The position numbers were made by a program, and so were the translations under genes. A stretch of DNA of 64,000 nt from Acidimicrobiia bacterium (GTDB lineage Bacteria > Actinomycetota > Acidimicrobiia > Spongiisociales > ZC4RG35): the NCBI GenBank assembly GCA_035513335.1, contig DATKCE010000021.1:5745-69744 (forward strand), given 5' to 3'. The notes beneath the pieces were generated by a model. The model saw only the letters and a list, made by a program, of their open reading frames with translations. It did not search any database and had not been told where the DNA came from. How positions within the stretch are numbered: position 1 is the stretch's first letter; each line of letters starts with the position of its first letter. Shown one piece after another: positions 1-9,189 of the stretch.

Positions 1-38
1 CGTTGCCCACGGATCCGTAAGTCCGGCACCGAGACCGC

Positions 39-281
39 TCAGGTGTAGCCCTCGGCCTCCTCGTAGCTGATGAGGTCGTCGGGCTCGATCGTCACATATC
101 CAATTCGCCCGTCGATCTTGAACCAGTGCAACTCCCCCGCTTCCCCATCGGCCGGCTCGACCATGTCGTCGCGGGCGATTGCGGCAGCAGTGCCGAATCC
201 GCGGTAATGGGCCACGGCGGTCTTCTCCTCGCCTCCCTCTCGATAGACGATCGAATACCGCCCGCCGGGTGTCGGGGTCAT
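39..281 (-). CDS. hypothetical protein (80 aa)
   Basis: Complete track ORF with GC-rich third codon positions like the surrounding genes. No family recognised by eye. Confidence 0.4.
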   Translation of the reverse strand: MTPTPGGRYSIVYREGGEEKTAVAHYRGFGTAAAIARDDMVEPADGEAGELHWFKIDGRIGYVTIEPDDLISYEEAEGYT

Positions 282-395
282 GATTCCAGCTTAGAGATAC
301 GGGGCAGGCAGATCCCGGAGGACTCGTGACCCGCCACGGGCCGAGGTGTCGTGGAGTAACTTCGCGGGTAAGCGGTGTTCAACCAAGGAGGAATC

Positions 396-578
396 ATGAG
401 TGCCAGCGAGACGACACCGGAGAGCCTGAACGACGAGGACATCCGGACCATCGGAAGAGAGACACCAAAGGCGACTACGAGGGACAGCGACGGCGTCGAC
501 TCCACCGACAGCGACGGCGTCGACTCCACCGACAGCGACGGCGTGGACACCGCCGACAGCGACTCGCGGGACAGCTGA
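396..578 (+). CDS. small acidic tandem-repeat protein (60 aa, DSDGVDST x3)
   Basis: ATG 396 lies 4 nt after a strong Shine-Dalgarno AAGGAGG (385-391) and is in frame with track ORF 375..578. The stop TGA 576-578 overlaps CTG 575, which opens the cupin frame. Confidence 0.45.
   Translation: MSASETTPESLNDEDIRTIGRETPKATTRDSDGVDSTDSDGVDSTDSDGVDTADSDSRDS
483..563. repeat. 24-bp tandem repeat, about 3.4 copies (GACAGCGACGGCGTCGACTCCACC)
   Basis: Units 483-506 and 507-530 are identical. Unit 531-554 has 3 mismatches, followed by a partial unit 555-563. The repeat encodes DSDGVDST in the 396 ORF. Confidence 0.9.
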
Positions 579-1765
579 CCCTGCACACCGCCATCGACCC
601 GAGCGACGTCGAAGGGCGTCAGGCACTTGCCCGTGCAGTCGGGGACCCGGAGCACTTCGCTTCGGAGCTCTGGGCGAAACGTCCTCAGCATCGACCAGCC
701 TCTGACAGCAACGGATTCAGCGACCTCCTCTCCCTCGACGACGTCGACCAGATCGTCTCAACCAGCGGTCTCCGCCTACCGGCGTTCCGTCTGGTGAAGG
801 ATGGCGAGACGATGCCGTCCGCCCGCTCCACCAAGACCACCCGAACCGGGTCAAATCCGGCCACCGGGGTGATCGACGCCGCGGCGGTGTTCGCCGAGTT
901 CGACAACGGGGCAACCATCGTGTTCCAGGGCATGCACCGCTACTGGGAGCCACTCGCCGACTACTGCCGTGCCCTGGAGTTGGGCCTCGGTCACCCGGTC
1001 CAGGCCAACGCCTACATCACCCCACCAAGGGCACAGGGATTCGCCGCCCATGAGGACGAACACGATGTGTTCGTCCTGCAATCACACGGCACCAAGCAAT
1101 GGCGAGTCCACGACCGCCACGACCTGCCCCCCAGCCGCCCCCCGGTCATCGACGAGGTGCTGGCCCCGGGAGACTCCCTCTACATTCCTGCCGGATTCCC
1201 CCACTCAGCCAGCACCCAGGAGTTGGCCTCCGTCCACATCACGATCGGGATCCTCGCCATGACGTGGGCCGATGCCCTCGAGGCGGCGACGAGGCTGGTC
1301 AGAGAGGATCCTGAGCTGGGCCGGCCCCTTCCTCTCGACTTTGCAGCCGACACCAGTGCCTTCACCGACGAGGTCCGAAGCCATCTCGAAGCGATGGGAG
1401 AGTCGCTGGCCACCCTCGACCCGTCCCTGCTGGCGCGCGCTCTGCGCCGCAAGTTACTCACCACCCGACAGCCCCTCCTGAGGGGACAGATCCACCGTCT
1501 TCTCGCCCGCGACGAGATCGGGGACGAGTCGATCGTCACCCGACGGGTGGGCTCGATGTGTGTCCTCGAGATCGTGGACAGCGAACTATCCGTCCTGCTC
1601 GGGGATCGTGAACTGCGCATGCCCCGTTGGGTCGAGCCGGCGATGAACCTCATCGCTTCCGGCGAGAAACTGGCAGTGGCAGACCTTCCCGAACTCGACG
1701 AGACGGGCCGCCTCGTCCTGGTGCGTCGGCTGATCGGAGAAGGACTGCTCGAGGTCGTCGGTTGA
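575..1765 (+). CDS. JmjC / cupin-4 family oxygenase-like protein (start unresolved)
   Basis: Track ORF 326..1765. The recognisable part begins near 640 (ELWAKRP...LSLDDVDQIVSTSGLRLPAFRLVKDG). Metal-ligand candidates are AHEDEHD and FPHSA. By my reading there is no ATG/GTG/TTG in frame between 329 and 793. Confidence 0.7.
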   Translation: MTLHTAIDPSDVEGRQALARAVGDPEHFASELWAKRPQHRPASDSNGFSDLLSLDDVDQIVSTSGLRLPAFRLVKDGETMPSARSTKTTRTGSNPATGVIDAAAVFAEFDNGATIVFQGMHRYWEPLADYCRALELGLGHPVQANAYITPPRAQGFAAHEDEHDVFVLQSHGTKQWRVHDRHDLPPSRPPVIDEVLAPGDSLYIPAGFPHSASTQELASVHITIGILAMTWADALEAATRLVREDPELGRPLPLDFAADTSAFTDEVRSHLEAMGESLATLDPSLLARALRRKLLTTRQPLLRGQIHRLLARDEIGDESIVTRRVGSMCVLEIVDSELSVLLGDRELRMPRWVEPAMNLIASGEKLAVADLPELDETGRLVLVRRLIGEGLLEVVG

Positions 1766-2655
1766 TGCGTGACGACTGGCGATGCTCCAGCGAGGCAGTG
1801 GCCCGCGCCGAGCCTCACTACGCCACCGCGTCCCTGGTCTCGGCCTGGCTCCTCATCGAACAACCGGGAGCCTGGGGACCGGAGGCGCTGACCGACTCCA
1901 AGTTTCCTTCGGCCATCGCCACGGAGCTGCAACGCAGGGCGTCCGGCGTGCGAATCCTGCTCATCCGCCGCCGAACGGAGTCGAGCGACGGGCCCATCGT
2001 CTTCAAGGCGCACTCGGGAGACAAGGGCCGCGCCCCGGCGTTGGTGTCGATGCCCTTGGGCGAGCCCGACGCGCTATTGGACATCGACTTCGAGGCCCTC
2101 GCCGCCGGCGACGTGGGCCCGGGCAGGGTGATCAACGATCCGATCTTCCTGGTCTGCACCCATGGCCGCCACGACATCTGCTGCGCCGACAACGGTCGTC
2201 CCCTCTATCGGGCCTTGTCATCGGTCCGACCCGATCGGACATGGGAGGTTTCTCACATCGGGGGAGACAGGTTCTCCGGCAACCTCCTCGTCCTCCCCAG
2301 AGGCGACTACTTCGGGCGGCTGGAGCCTGAAGACGCCGAGCCGCTGGTCGCCGGGTATGAAGGTGGTCGGCTCGACCTGGCCCATCACCGGGGGCGCAGC
2401 ACCCGACCCCGTCTGGCCCAGGCTGCGGAGCACTTCGCTCGCGAGACGGAGGGCTTGAGCGGTCTCGATGACCTGATGGTGTCGGAGTACAGGAGATCCG
2501 ACAACCAGGCCGAAGTGGTCTTCGCCACCCCGGGGGGACCGATCAGGGTGACGGTTGCTGCCAGCCCTGCCCCAGAATCGGCATATCTCACCTGTCGGGC
2601 CTCCAGCCCAGGTCATCCCGTGGCCTACGACCTGATCTCCCTCAGCCGGGGCTGA
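1765..2655 (+). CDS. sucrase/ferredoxin-like (thioredoxin-like fold) family protein
   Basis: ATG 1765 overlaps the upstream stop (TGATG). The motif FLVCTHGRHDICCADNG is typical of the Suc_Fer-like family. The first 46 codons of track ORF 1627.. overlap the upstream gene. Confidence 0.75.
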   Translation: MRDDWRCSSEAVARAEPHYATASLVSAWLLIEQPGAWGPEALTDSKFPSAIATELQRRASGVRILLIRRRTESSDGPIVFKAHSGDKGRAPALVSMPLGEPDALLDIDFEALAAGDVGPGRVINDPIFLVCTHGRHDICCADNGRPLYRALSSVRPDRTWEVSHIGGDRFSGNLLVLPRGDYFGRLEPEDAEPLVAGYEGGRLDLAHHRGRSTRPRLAQAAEHFARETEGLSGLDDLMVSEYRRSDNQAEVVFATPGGPIRVTVAASPAPESAYLTCRASSPGHPVAYDLISLSRG

Positions 2656-2716
2656 GTCCGACCCCAAGAGTGGTAGCTCGGTTCCCCCCATGGACACATG
2701 ACCCGGGTCGGGATCC

Positions 2717-3934
2717 TCACCGCGCTTTGGGTATCCCTGTGATGATCCGCGCCCCCCGCCGGAAGGTGAGGTAGTGCCACGCCCAGCCGGCGAGGACGAA
2801 GAACCGGTTCCTGAATCCGATCAGATAGAAGATGTGGATCGCCAACCAGGCGAACCAGGCCGGAAAACCCCCGAAGCGCAGCCCCTTGATGTCGGCCACC
2901 GCCCGGGCACGTCCGATCGTGGCCAGCGACCCTTTGTCTCGATATCGAAACGGGCGCCGCTCCCCGGAGGCGACGACTCGCCCGGCGTGCCGACCCATCT
3001 GCATCGCCGCCGGAGCGACGCCGGGGACTCCCTCCACCGCGGCGAGGTCGCCGACGACGAACACCTCGGGATGTCCGGGGACCGACAGATCCGGCTCGAC
3101 CAGGACCCGGCCGGCCCGGTCGACCTCGCCCAACATCGCCCCCAGTGACGACGCCTGCACTCCTGCCGCCCAGAGCACGGTCCCCGCTTCGACCCGCTCG
3201 CCCGACGACAGGGTCACACCCCCTTCGTCGATTTCGGAGACGAGGGAGTCGGTCCTCACCTCGACACCGAGGTCTTCGAGTTGACGTCGGGCGGAAGCTG
3301 ACAACGACGGCGGGTACGGAGGGAGCACGCGGTCGGTTCCCTCCACCAGCATGATCCGGGCCTGGGAGGGGTCGACCACGTCGAACTCCTCGCCCATGGC
3401 GTGGACGGCGATCTCGACCAGGGCACCGGCCAGTTCCACCCCGGTCGGTCCCGCACCGACCACGACGAAGGTCAACAGACGCCTCGCATCGCCCGGGTCT
3501 GCCTCGGCCCGTTCGAAAGCACGCAAAACCCGGGCTCTAATCGTCAGGGCGTCCTCGATGGTCTTGAGACCCGGGGCGACCGGCTCCCACTCGTCGTTCC
3601 CGAAATACGAATGGGTGGCACCTGTGGCGACGATGAGATTGTCATAGGCCACCGGCTCCTCATCGACCACCACTCGCCTGCCCTCCAGATCCACCGACGT
3701 CACCTCACCGAGGAGCACCCGAACCACATTCGCCTGGTTCTTGAACACCGAGCGGATCGGATAGGCGATGTCAGACGGATTCAGCGCCGCCATCGCCACC
3801 TGGTAGAGGAGCGGCTGGAAGAGATGGAAGTTGCGCCGGTCGATGATGGTGATGTCGACGCTGGCCCTCCTCAGGGCCTTGGCTGCGTTGAGCCCGGCGA
3901 ATCCTGCCCCGACGATGACAACGTGTGGTCTCAT
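2717..3934 (-). CDS. ndh: type II NADH dehydrogenase (FAD-dependent pyridine nucleotide-disulfide oxidoreductase)
   Basis: 405 aa. Two dinucleotide folds (VVIVGAGFAGL and VVVGAGPTGVELAG) and VFVVGD near the C-terminal part. Confidence 0.9.
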   Translation of the reverse strand: MRPHVVIVGAGFAGLNAAKALRRASVDITIIDRRNFHLFQPLLYQVAMAALNPSDIAYPIRSVFKNQANVVRVLLGEVTSVDLEGRRVVVDEEPVAYDNLIVATGATHSYFGNDEWEPVAPGLKTIEDALTIRARVLRAFERAEADPGDARRLLTFVVVGAGPTGVELAGALVEIAVHAMGEEFDVVDPSQARIMLVEGTDRVLPPYPPSLSASARRQLEDLGVEVRTDSLVSEIDEGGVTLSSGERVEAGTVLWAAGVQASSLGAMLGEVDRAGRVLVEPDLSVPGHPEVFVVGDLAAVEGVPGVAPAAMQMGRHAGRVVASGERRPFRYRDKGSLATIGRARAVADIKGLRFGGFPAWFAWLAIHIFYLIGFRNRFFVLAGWAWHYLTFRRGARIITGIPKAR

Positions 3935-4506
3935 AGACCGAGCGATTCGGCCAGGGCCCGGATGGCGTGGGCGCGGTGTGAGAGCCGGTTCTTTTCCTCC
4001 CGGCCCATCTCGGCCAGGGTTCGCCCCTCCAACTCGAACACCGGGTCGTAGCCGAACCCACCGTCTCCTCTCGGCCGTTCGGTGATCGTCCCCTCGAGGA
4101 CCCCTTCCGCCGTCACTTCGACCCCGTCGGGGAAAACCAGCGCCACCACCGTCCTGAACCGGGCGCGACGATCCTCGATTCCGGACATCTCTTCGATCAG
4201 CTTCGCCACGTTGTGCTCATAGCTGGCAGCGTCACCGGCGTAGCGGGCGGTGTGGACCCCGGGTGCACCGTCCAACGCCTCCACCTCTAGCCCGGTGTCG
4301 TCGGCGAGCACGGGCAGCCCTGTCGCCTCCACGACGACGCGGGCCTTTAGCAGTGCGTTCTCCTCCAGGGTCGAGCCGGTCTCTTCGACGTCGGACCAGT
4401 CGAGACCGCGGACGATCGCCTTCGTCAGGCCGGTGCCATCGAGGATCCCCTCAATCTCGGTGATCTTGTCGGGGTTCTTCGAGGCGACGACCAGCCTCGG
4501 GATCAC
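3931..4506 (-). CDS. rdgB: non-canonical purine NTP pyrophosphatase RdgB/HAM1
   Basis: 191 aa with VVASKNPDKI and GFGYDPVF motifs. ATGA overlap with ndh; lies downstream of rph, as is common. Confidence 0.9.
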   Translation of the reverse strand: MIPRLVVASKNPDKITEIEGILDGTGLTKAIVRGLDWSDVEETGSTLEENALLKARVVVEATGLPVLADDTGLEVEALDGAPGVHTARYAGDAASYEHNVAKLIEEMSGIEDRRARFRTVVALVFPDGVEVTAEGVLEGTITERPRGDGGFGYDPVFELEGRTLAEMGREEKNRLSHRAHAIRALAESLGL

Positions 4507-5213
4507 CCCATCACCGCTCTCCGCTGCATGTCGACGAGCTCTTCGATGCCCACCGTGGCCAGATCGAGGAGCTCGTCAAGGTCTTCCCGGCTGAACGGTG
4601 CCCGTTCGGCAGTGCCCTGCACCTCGACGAGAAGACCGCGCCCGCTCATCACCACATTGAGATCGACTTCCGCCGCCACGTCGTTGTCGTAGTCGAGATC
4701 GAGCACCTTCTCGCCCTCGACGATCCCGACCGAGATCGCCGCCACCTCGTCGACGATCGGGTTCTCTGCAATGAGCTCCCGAGCCACCGACTCCTCCAAG
4801 GCCTGATGGAGAGCAATCCACGCCCCGGTGATCGCCGCGGTTCGGGTCCCACCATCGGCCTCGATGACATCACAGTCGACGCGAACCATCAGCTGGCCCA
4901 TCTTGGTGAGATTGACCGCGGCGCGCAGCGCCCGCCCGATCAGGCGGGAGATCTCTTTGGCCCTTCCCCCTTCGATGTGGTCGCGACGTACCCTTTCGCC
5001 TGAGGACCCGGGCAACATGGCGTACTCGGCCGTCACCCATCCCCGGTCTGAATCGCGTAGCCACCGCGGCACCTCGGCTTCGATGGATGCGGTGCACAGC
5101 ACCCGGGTCTTGCCCATTGAGATGAGGACCGAGCCAGGCGTCGAAGTGGTGAAGCCGAGCTCGACGCTGACAGGTCGAAGTTGATCGCGAGGACGGTCGG
5201 TCATTCCGATCAC
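4503..5213 (-). CDS. rph: ribonuclease PH
   Basis: 236 aa with RPVSVELGF..GSVLISMGKTRVLC and DGGTRTAAITGA motifs. Confidence 0.93.
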   Translation of the reverse strand: MIGMTDRPRDQLRPVSVELGFTTSTPGSVLISMGKTRVLCTASIEAEVPRWLRDSDRGWVTAEYAMLPGSSGERVRRDHIEGGRAKEISRLIGRALRAAVNLTKMGQLMVRVDCDVIEADGGTRTAAITGAWIALHQALEESVARELIAENPIVDEVAAISVGIVEGEKVLDLDYDNDVAAEVDLNVVMSGRGLLVEVQGTAERAPFSREDLDELLDLATVGIEELVDMQRRAVMG

Positions 5214-5228
5214 GCTAAACGCAGGGTC

Positions 5229-5957
5229 TCACACCTCGAAACTGGTCCCGGCCACGGCGAGGCGCACCGGGCGTCCAAACGCCGACTCTGCCTCCGCCAC
5301 GGAGACGGTTGGGTCGAGATACGGCGGGATGTGGGTCAACACCAGGGCCCCGGCGCCGACGCTGCGTGCGATCTCTCCCGCCTCCATGGCACTGAGATGA
5401 TGGGGATAGTCGGCATTCTTCGTCGCCTCCTGATAGGAGGCCTCCGACAACAGGACGTCGACTCCGGAAGCCGTGTCCCGCCACTCCCCCGCCGGGCCGG
5501 TGTCCGCGGTGTAGAACAGCGTGCGGCCGTTTCCATCCCACCGCGAGCCAACGGTGGGGACCGAGTGGTCCATCTCCACGAACGACACCTTCAGATCGCC
5601 CATCTCGATCTCGTCTCCGGTCCACACCGGGATGAAGTCGAAGCAGGGCGGCTCGCTCTCGAGGAACCCGATCAGACGATCCCAAACCGCCTGGGGCGCG
5701 TACAACGGCACCGGTGGCCTGGGATCGGGGCGGTAGGTCCAGGCGTGGAAGGCGGCCATGAGGTCGGAGCAGTGATCGGGATGCTGGTGGGAGATGACCA
5801 CGGCGTCGATCAGGTCCGGCTCGACGGGTAACGAGATGAACGTCCCCGATCCGGCGTCACACCACACGCGGGTGGCGCCCTGTTCGATCACATAACCCGA
5901 TGCGGGACGCCCATGGGCCGGGTAGGTCCCCGACGAGCCGACGACGTGGACCCTCAT
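5229..5957 (-). CDS. MBL-fold metallo-hydrolase
   Basis: ATG 5957 (MRVHVVGSSG) overlaps the pdxH stop (ATGA). Contains the HQHPDHCSD (HxHxDH) motif. The upstream part of track ORF 5229..6080 overlaps pdxH. Confidence 0.8.
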   Translation of the reverse strand: MRVHVVGSSGTYPAHGRPASGYVIEQGATRVWCDAGSGTFISLPVEPDLIDAVVISHQHPDHCSDLMAAFHAWTYRPDPRPPVPLYAPQAVWDRLIGFLESEPPCFDFIPVWTGDEIEMGDLKVSFVEMDHSVPTVGSRWDGNGRTLFYTADTGPAGEWRDTASGVDVLLSEASYQEATKNADYPHHLSAMEAGEIARSVGAGALVLTHIPPYLDPTVSVAEAESAFGRPVRLAVAGTSFEV

Positions 5958-6595
5958 GGTGAGAGCCTCTCCTTGACCCACCTGTCGGCTTCGCTCCGAT
6001 AGCGAATCCGGTCGTGGAAGCGGTTCGGCCTCCCTTGCCAGAACTCGACCATCTCCGGGCTCAGGCGCCACCCACCCCATTGCTCGGGGCGAGGGATCGT
6101 CTCCCCATACTCCTGGGAGACCGCTTCGAAGCGCTCCTCCAAGACGGAGCGATTCACCACCACCTCACTCTGCCGTGAGGCGTGGGCGGCGATCTGCGCG
6201 CCGCGGGGACGGGAGGTGAAGTACACGTCGGCCTCTTCGGCGGTCACCTGGGCGACGGACCCCTCGAGCCTGACCTGACGATGGAGTTGGGTCCAGACGA
6301 AGGTGGCCGCGGCCCGGGGGTTGGCGGTCATGGCCCGGCTCTTGCGGCTGTCGAGACCGGTGTAGAACACCAGCCCTTCTGCCGTGAGGTCCTTCATCAA
6401 CAACGCCCTCGCCGACGGGGTGCCGTCGGCATCGACGGTGGCGAGCACGAATGCACTCGGCTCGTACAGATCGACTTCGAGAACGCCGGCGAACCACTCC
6501 TCGAACTCGGAGAACGGGTCGTCGGCCATGACTTCGGGGTCGAGACCGGCCGTCTCATACTCGCGGCGCCGACGCGCCACCTCTTCTCGTATCAC
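5954..6595 (-). CDS. pdxH: pyridoxamine 5'-phosphate oxidase
   Basis: 213 aa. C-terminus HDRIRYR...WVKERLSP and overall layout are typical of PdxH. Confidence 0.9.
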   Translation of the reverse strand: MIREEVARRRREYETAGLDPEVMADDPFSEFEEWFAGVLEVDLYEPSAFVLATVDADGTPSARALLMKDLTAEGLVFYTGLDSRKSRAMTANPRAAATFVWTQLHRQVRLEGSVAQVTAEEADVYFTSRPRGAQIAAHASRQSEVVVNRSVLEERFEAVSQEYGETIPRPEQWGGWRLSPEMVEFWQGRPNRFHDRIRYRSEADRWVKERLSP

Positions 6596-6615
6596 GTGCC
6601 GACGATAACCTCGAC

Positions 6616-7023
6616 ATGGTGTCTGATCCGAACCTCTCGAGAGCCAGGCTGATGTCGCGAGGGATGAGGCGACGCTGTCCCCGTTGTGGCGAGCCCGCCT
6701 TCGTCGGATGGTTCCGGATGAAGAAGCACTGCTCTCGCTGCGGGCTGCAGTTCGAACGCGACCACGGCTATTGGGTGGGTGCCGTGATCATCAACACAAC
6801 GGTGATTTTCGCCACCTTCCTCGTGGTGTTCGGAGGGATGGTGCTGCTCACCTTTCCGGACGTACCGTGGGTGACGGTGCTCATCGTGACCGCGCTGGCC
6901 AACATCGTCATCCCGATCGTCTTCTACCCGATCTCGAAGAGTCTCTGGTCGAGCATGGAGCTCTCCTGGCACCCGCTCGAGCCCCACGAGATCGAAAGGG
7001 CCGACAACAGGGTCGCCGGCTGA
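6616..7023 (+). CDS. DUF983-like membrane protein
   Basis: CPRCGEP...CSRCGLQF zinc-ribbon-like N-terminus followed by two hydrophobic helices. The start could be an internal M. Confidence 0.65.
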   Translation: MVSDPNLSRARLMSRGMRRRCPRCGEPAFVGWFRMKKHCSRCGLQFERDHGYWVGAVIINTTVIFATFLVVFGGMVLLTFPDVPWVTVLIVTALANIVIPIVFYPISKSLWSSMELSWHPLEPHEIERADNRVAG

Positions 7024-7031
7024 AAGGGCCG

Positions 7032-7103
7032 CCCCGTTTTCGCGCATAGAACGAGCGGGAAACGCTTGAAACCACCCGCCATTCGATGCGCGAAAACCAG
7101 GGG
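7032..7103. terminator. family-2 palindromic element, copy 1 (arms GTTTTCGCGCAT / ATGCGCGAAAAC)
   Basis: Perfect 12-bp arms at 7036-7047 and 7086-7097, flanked by CCCC/GGGG. Lies between convergent genes, and its end abuts the stop at 7104. Confidence 0.6.
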
Positions 7104-8246
7104 CTAGAGCCGTTTGGCGATCTCCTCCAGCATCACCTCGGTGGCGCCGCCTCCTATGGAATGGATGCGCACGTCGCGATACATCCGCTCCACCGCGGTC
7201 TCGGCGATGTAGCCAATGCCACCGTGGAACTGGACACAGTCGTAGAGGACACCGTTGACCAACTCGCCGACCAGTGCCTTCACCTCCGACACCTCGCTGA
7301 CCGTGTCCTCCCCCTGGTCGGTGAGCCAGGCGGCGCGGTAGGTGAGCTCGCGGGCGGCGTCCACCTCCGCCTGCCGCATCGCCACCCGGTGACGGATCCC
7401 CTGCTTCGCCCACAAGGGACCACCGAAAGCGGTCCGCTCCTTGAGATAAGCAACGGTCAACTCGAGAGCTCTCTGAGCCTCTCCCAGGGCCTGACCCATG
7501 ATGGCGAGACGCTCGTTCTGGAAGTTCTCCATGATGTAATAGAAGCCGCGGTTCTCCTCGCCGATGAGATGGCCCGCGGGGACCCAGACGTCGTCGAGGA
7601 CCAATTCGGCGGTGTTGGACGAGTGCCAGCCCATCTTTTCTAATGCCCGACTGGCCGAGAAGCCGTCGGAGCCCTTCTCGACGGCGAACAGCGAGATGCC
7701 GCGCGAGCCTTTGACCTCGACGTCCGTCTTGGCGGCGATGAACACGACGTCGGCGATCGCTCCGTTGGTGATGAACATCTTGGTCCCGTTGAGACGCCAC
7801 CCGTCGCCGTCTCGCCTGGCCGTCGTCTTGATCGCGGCGACATCCGATCCGGCGTCGGGCTCGGTGACACCGATGGCGGTGATCATCTCGCCGTTGGCGA
7901 ACTTCGGCAGCCAGCGCTCCTTCTGCTCATCGGAGCCGAAGTTGGTGACGTATGGCGTGGCCAGGTCCGTGTGGACCAGCACGGTGATGGCAAAACCGCC
8001 GGAGGTGCTGCGACCCAACTCCTCTGCGAAAGCCACTGAGGCGACATGCCCCAGTCCAATCCCTCCGTACTCCTCGGGGATGCGCAGTCCGAAGAAACCC
8101 AACTCACCCATCTCGTCGAGCTTCGACCTGGGCACGGCCCGGTCGGTCTCCCACGCCTCGACGTTCGGGACGACCTCGCGCTCCACGTACTGGCGCACCT
8201 GGCTGCGTAAGGCGGTGAGATCGTCGTCGACGTAGATGGACCTCAT
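7104..8246 (-). CDS. acyl-CoA dehydrogenase
   Basis: 380 aa with GFFGLRIPEEYGG, TEPDAGSD and QFHGGIGY motifs. ATGA overlap with the upstream HMG-CoA lyase gene. Confidence 0.9.
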   Translation of the reverse strand: MRSIYVDDDLTALRSQVRQYVEREVVPNVEAWETDRAVPRSKLDEMGELGFFGLRIPEEYGGIGLGHVASVAFAEELGRSTSGGFAITVLVHTDLATPYVTNFGSDEQKERWLPKFANGEMITAIGVTEPDAGSDVAAIKTTARRDGDGWRLNGTKMFITNGAIADVVFIAAKTDVEVKGSRGISLFAVEKGSDGFSASRALEKMGWHSSNTAELVLDDVWVPAGHLIGEENRGFYYIMENFQNERLAIMGQALGEAQRALELTVAYLKERTAFGGPLWAKQGIRHRVAMRQAEVDAARELTYRAAWLTDQGEDTVSEVSEVKALVGELVNGVLYDCVQFHGGIGYIAETAVERMYRDVRIHSIGGGATEVMLEEIAKRL

Positions 8247-9151
8247 TCCTCTTCCCCTCGGGAGATGAGAGCCATCCCGGCCCGGCTGTTGTAGACAAGA
8301 TTCTGCTCATCGCAAAAGCGGTGAGCGACCCGGGCCACTTCGGCGCCGTCGACGCCGTGTTCGATGCCGAGCCCGTCCAGGAGCCACAGCACGTCCTCGG
8401 TGGCGACGTTGCCAGATGCCCCCGGTGCATAGGGACATCCGCCCAGCCCTCCTGCGGACGAGTCCATCTTCTCGACCCCGGCGGCCAGGGCAGTCACGGT
8501 GTTGGCGATCGCCTGCCCGTAGGTGTCGTGGAAGTGGACTCCGACCTGTTCCACCGGAACCCGACCAAGCACGTGGTCGAGTAGTCGCTCGATGTGCGCG
8601 GGGGTGGCCTTGCCGATCGTCTCCCCGAGGAATATCTCGTGTACTCCCCATTCGGCGAGGGTCTCTGCGAGGTGCGCCACCCAGTCGGGATCCTGTTCCC
8701 CCTCGAACGGGCAGTGAGTGGCCGTGGAGACATAGGCGCGGAAAATGAGCGTATCAGGGCTCTCCAACACCATGCGCCTGATCCGATGCATCGACTCGTC
8801 GACGGTTGCGTTCAAATTCCGCTCGCTGAACGTGTCGGAAGCCGCGGTGAGCACACCGATGTCAGTGACTCCCGCCGCCATCGCGTCTTCCAGCCCCCGC
8901 ATGTTGGGCACCAGGCCGATGAGGCTCAGGCCCGGTGCAGTGACCCGTGCGATCACTTCAGCGCCGTCCGCCATCTGTGGCACCCACTTGGGGCTGACGA
9001 AAGACACCGCATCGAAGCTGGTGAGACCGGCTCCGGCGAGGTCCTCGATCAGACTCGCCTTGGCTTCCGTCGGGACGAATGCGCCGAGGGACTGCAGACC
9101 ATCTCGGGAAGACGATTCCGTGATGGTGACACGATCGCGATATCCACTCAC
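8243..9151 (-). CDS. hydroxymethylglutaryl-CoA lyase family protein
   Basis: SSRDGLQS near the N-terminus and GGCPYAPGASGNVATEDV near the C-terminus. GTG 9151 was chosen because the upstream part of track ORF ..9292 overlaps the neighbouring gene. Confidence 0.8.
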   Translation of the reverse strand: MSGYRDRVTITESSSRDGLQSLGAFVPTEAKASLIEDLAGAGLTSFDAVSFVSPKWVPQMADGAEVIARVTAPGLSLIGLVPNMRGLEDAMAAGVTDIGVLTAASDTFSERNLNATVDESMHRIRRMVLESPDTLIFRAYVSTATHCPFEGEQDPDWVAHLAETLAEWGVHEIFLGETIGKATPAHIERLLDHVLGRVPVEQVGVHFHDTYGQAIANTVTALAAGVEKMDSSAGGLGGCPYAPGASGNVATEDVLWLLDGLGIEHGVDGAEVARVAHRFCDEQNLVYNSRAGMALISRGEEE

Positions 9152-9189
9152 GGGCTGCGACGGTAACCGGGTCCCGGGCCTTTTGATGC

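Noticed and set aside
326-574. GTG 326 as the cupin start, giving an 83-aa Arg-rich N-terminal extension
   Set aside because: The extension (RRRRLHRQRRRRLHRQRRRGHRRQR) is the 24-bp tandem repeat read out of frame. It overlaps an ORF with a far better SD. It is kept only as an unresolved alternative.
2657-2713. Terminator hairpin between the convergent Suc_Fer-like gene and ndh
   Set aside because: It has only a 7-bp stem (CCGACCC / GGGTCGG), a loop of about 40 nt and no T-tract. That is too weak to report as a feature.
6592-7800. 402-aa minus-strand ORF
   Set aside because: It overlaps the DUF983 gene on the antisense strand and the acyl-CoA dehydrogenase in an alternative frame. It is Arg/Gly-rich.
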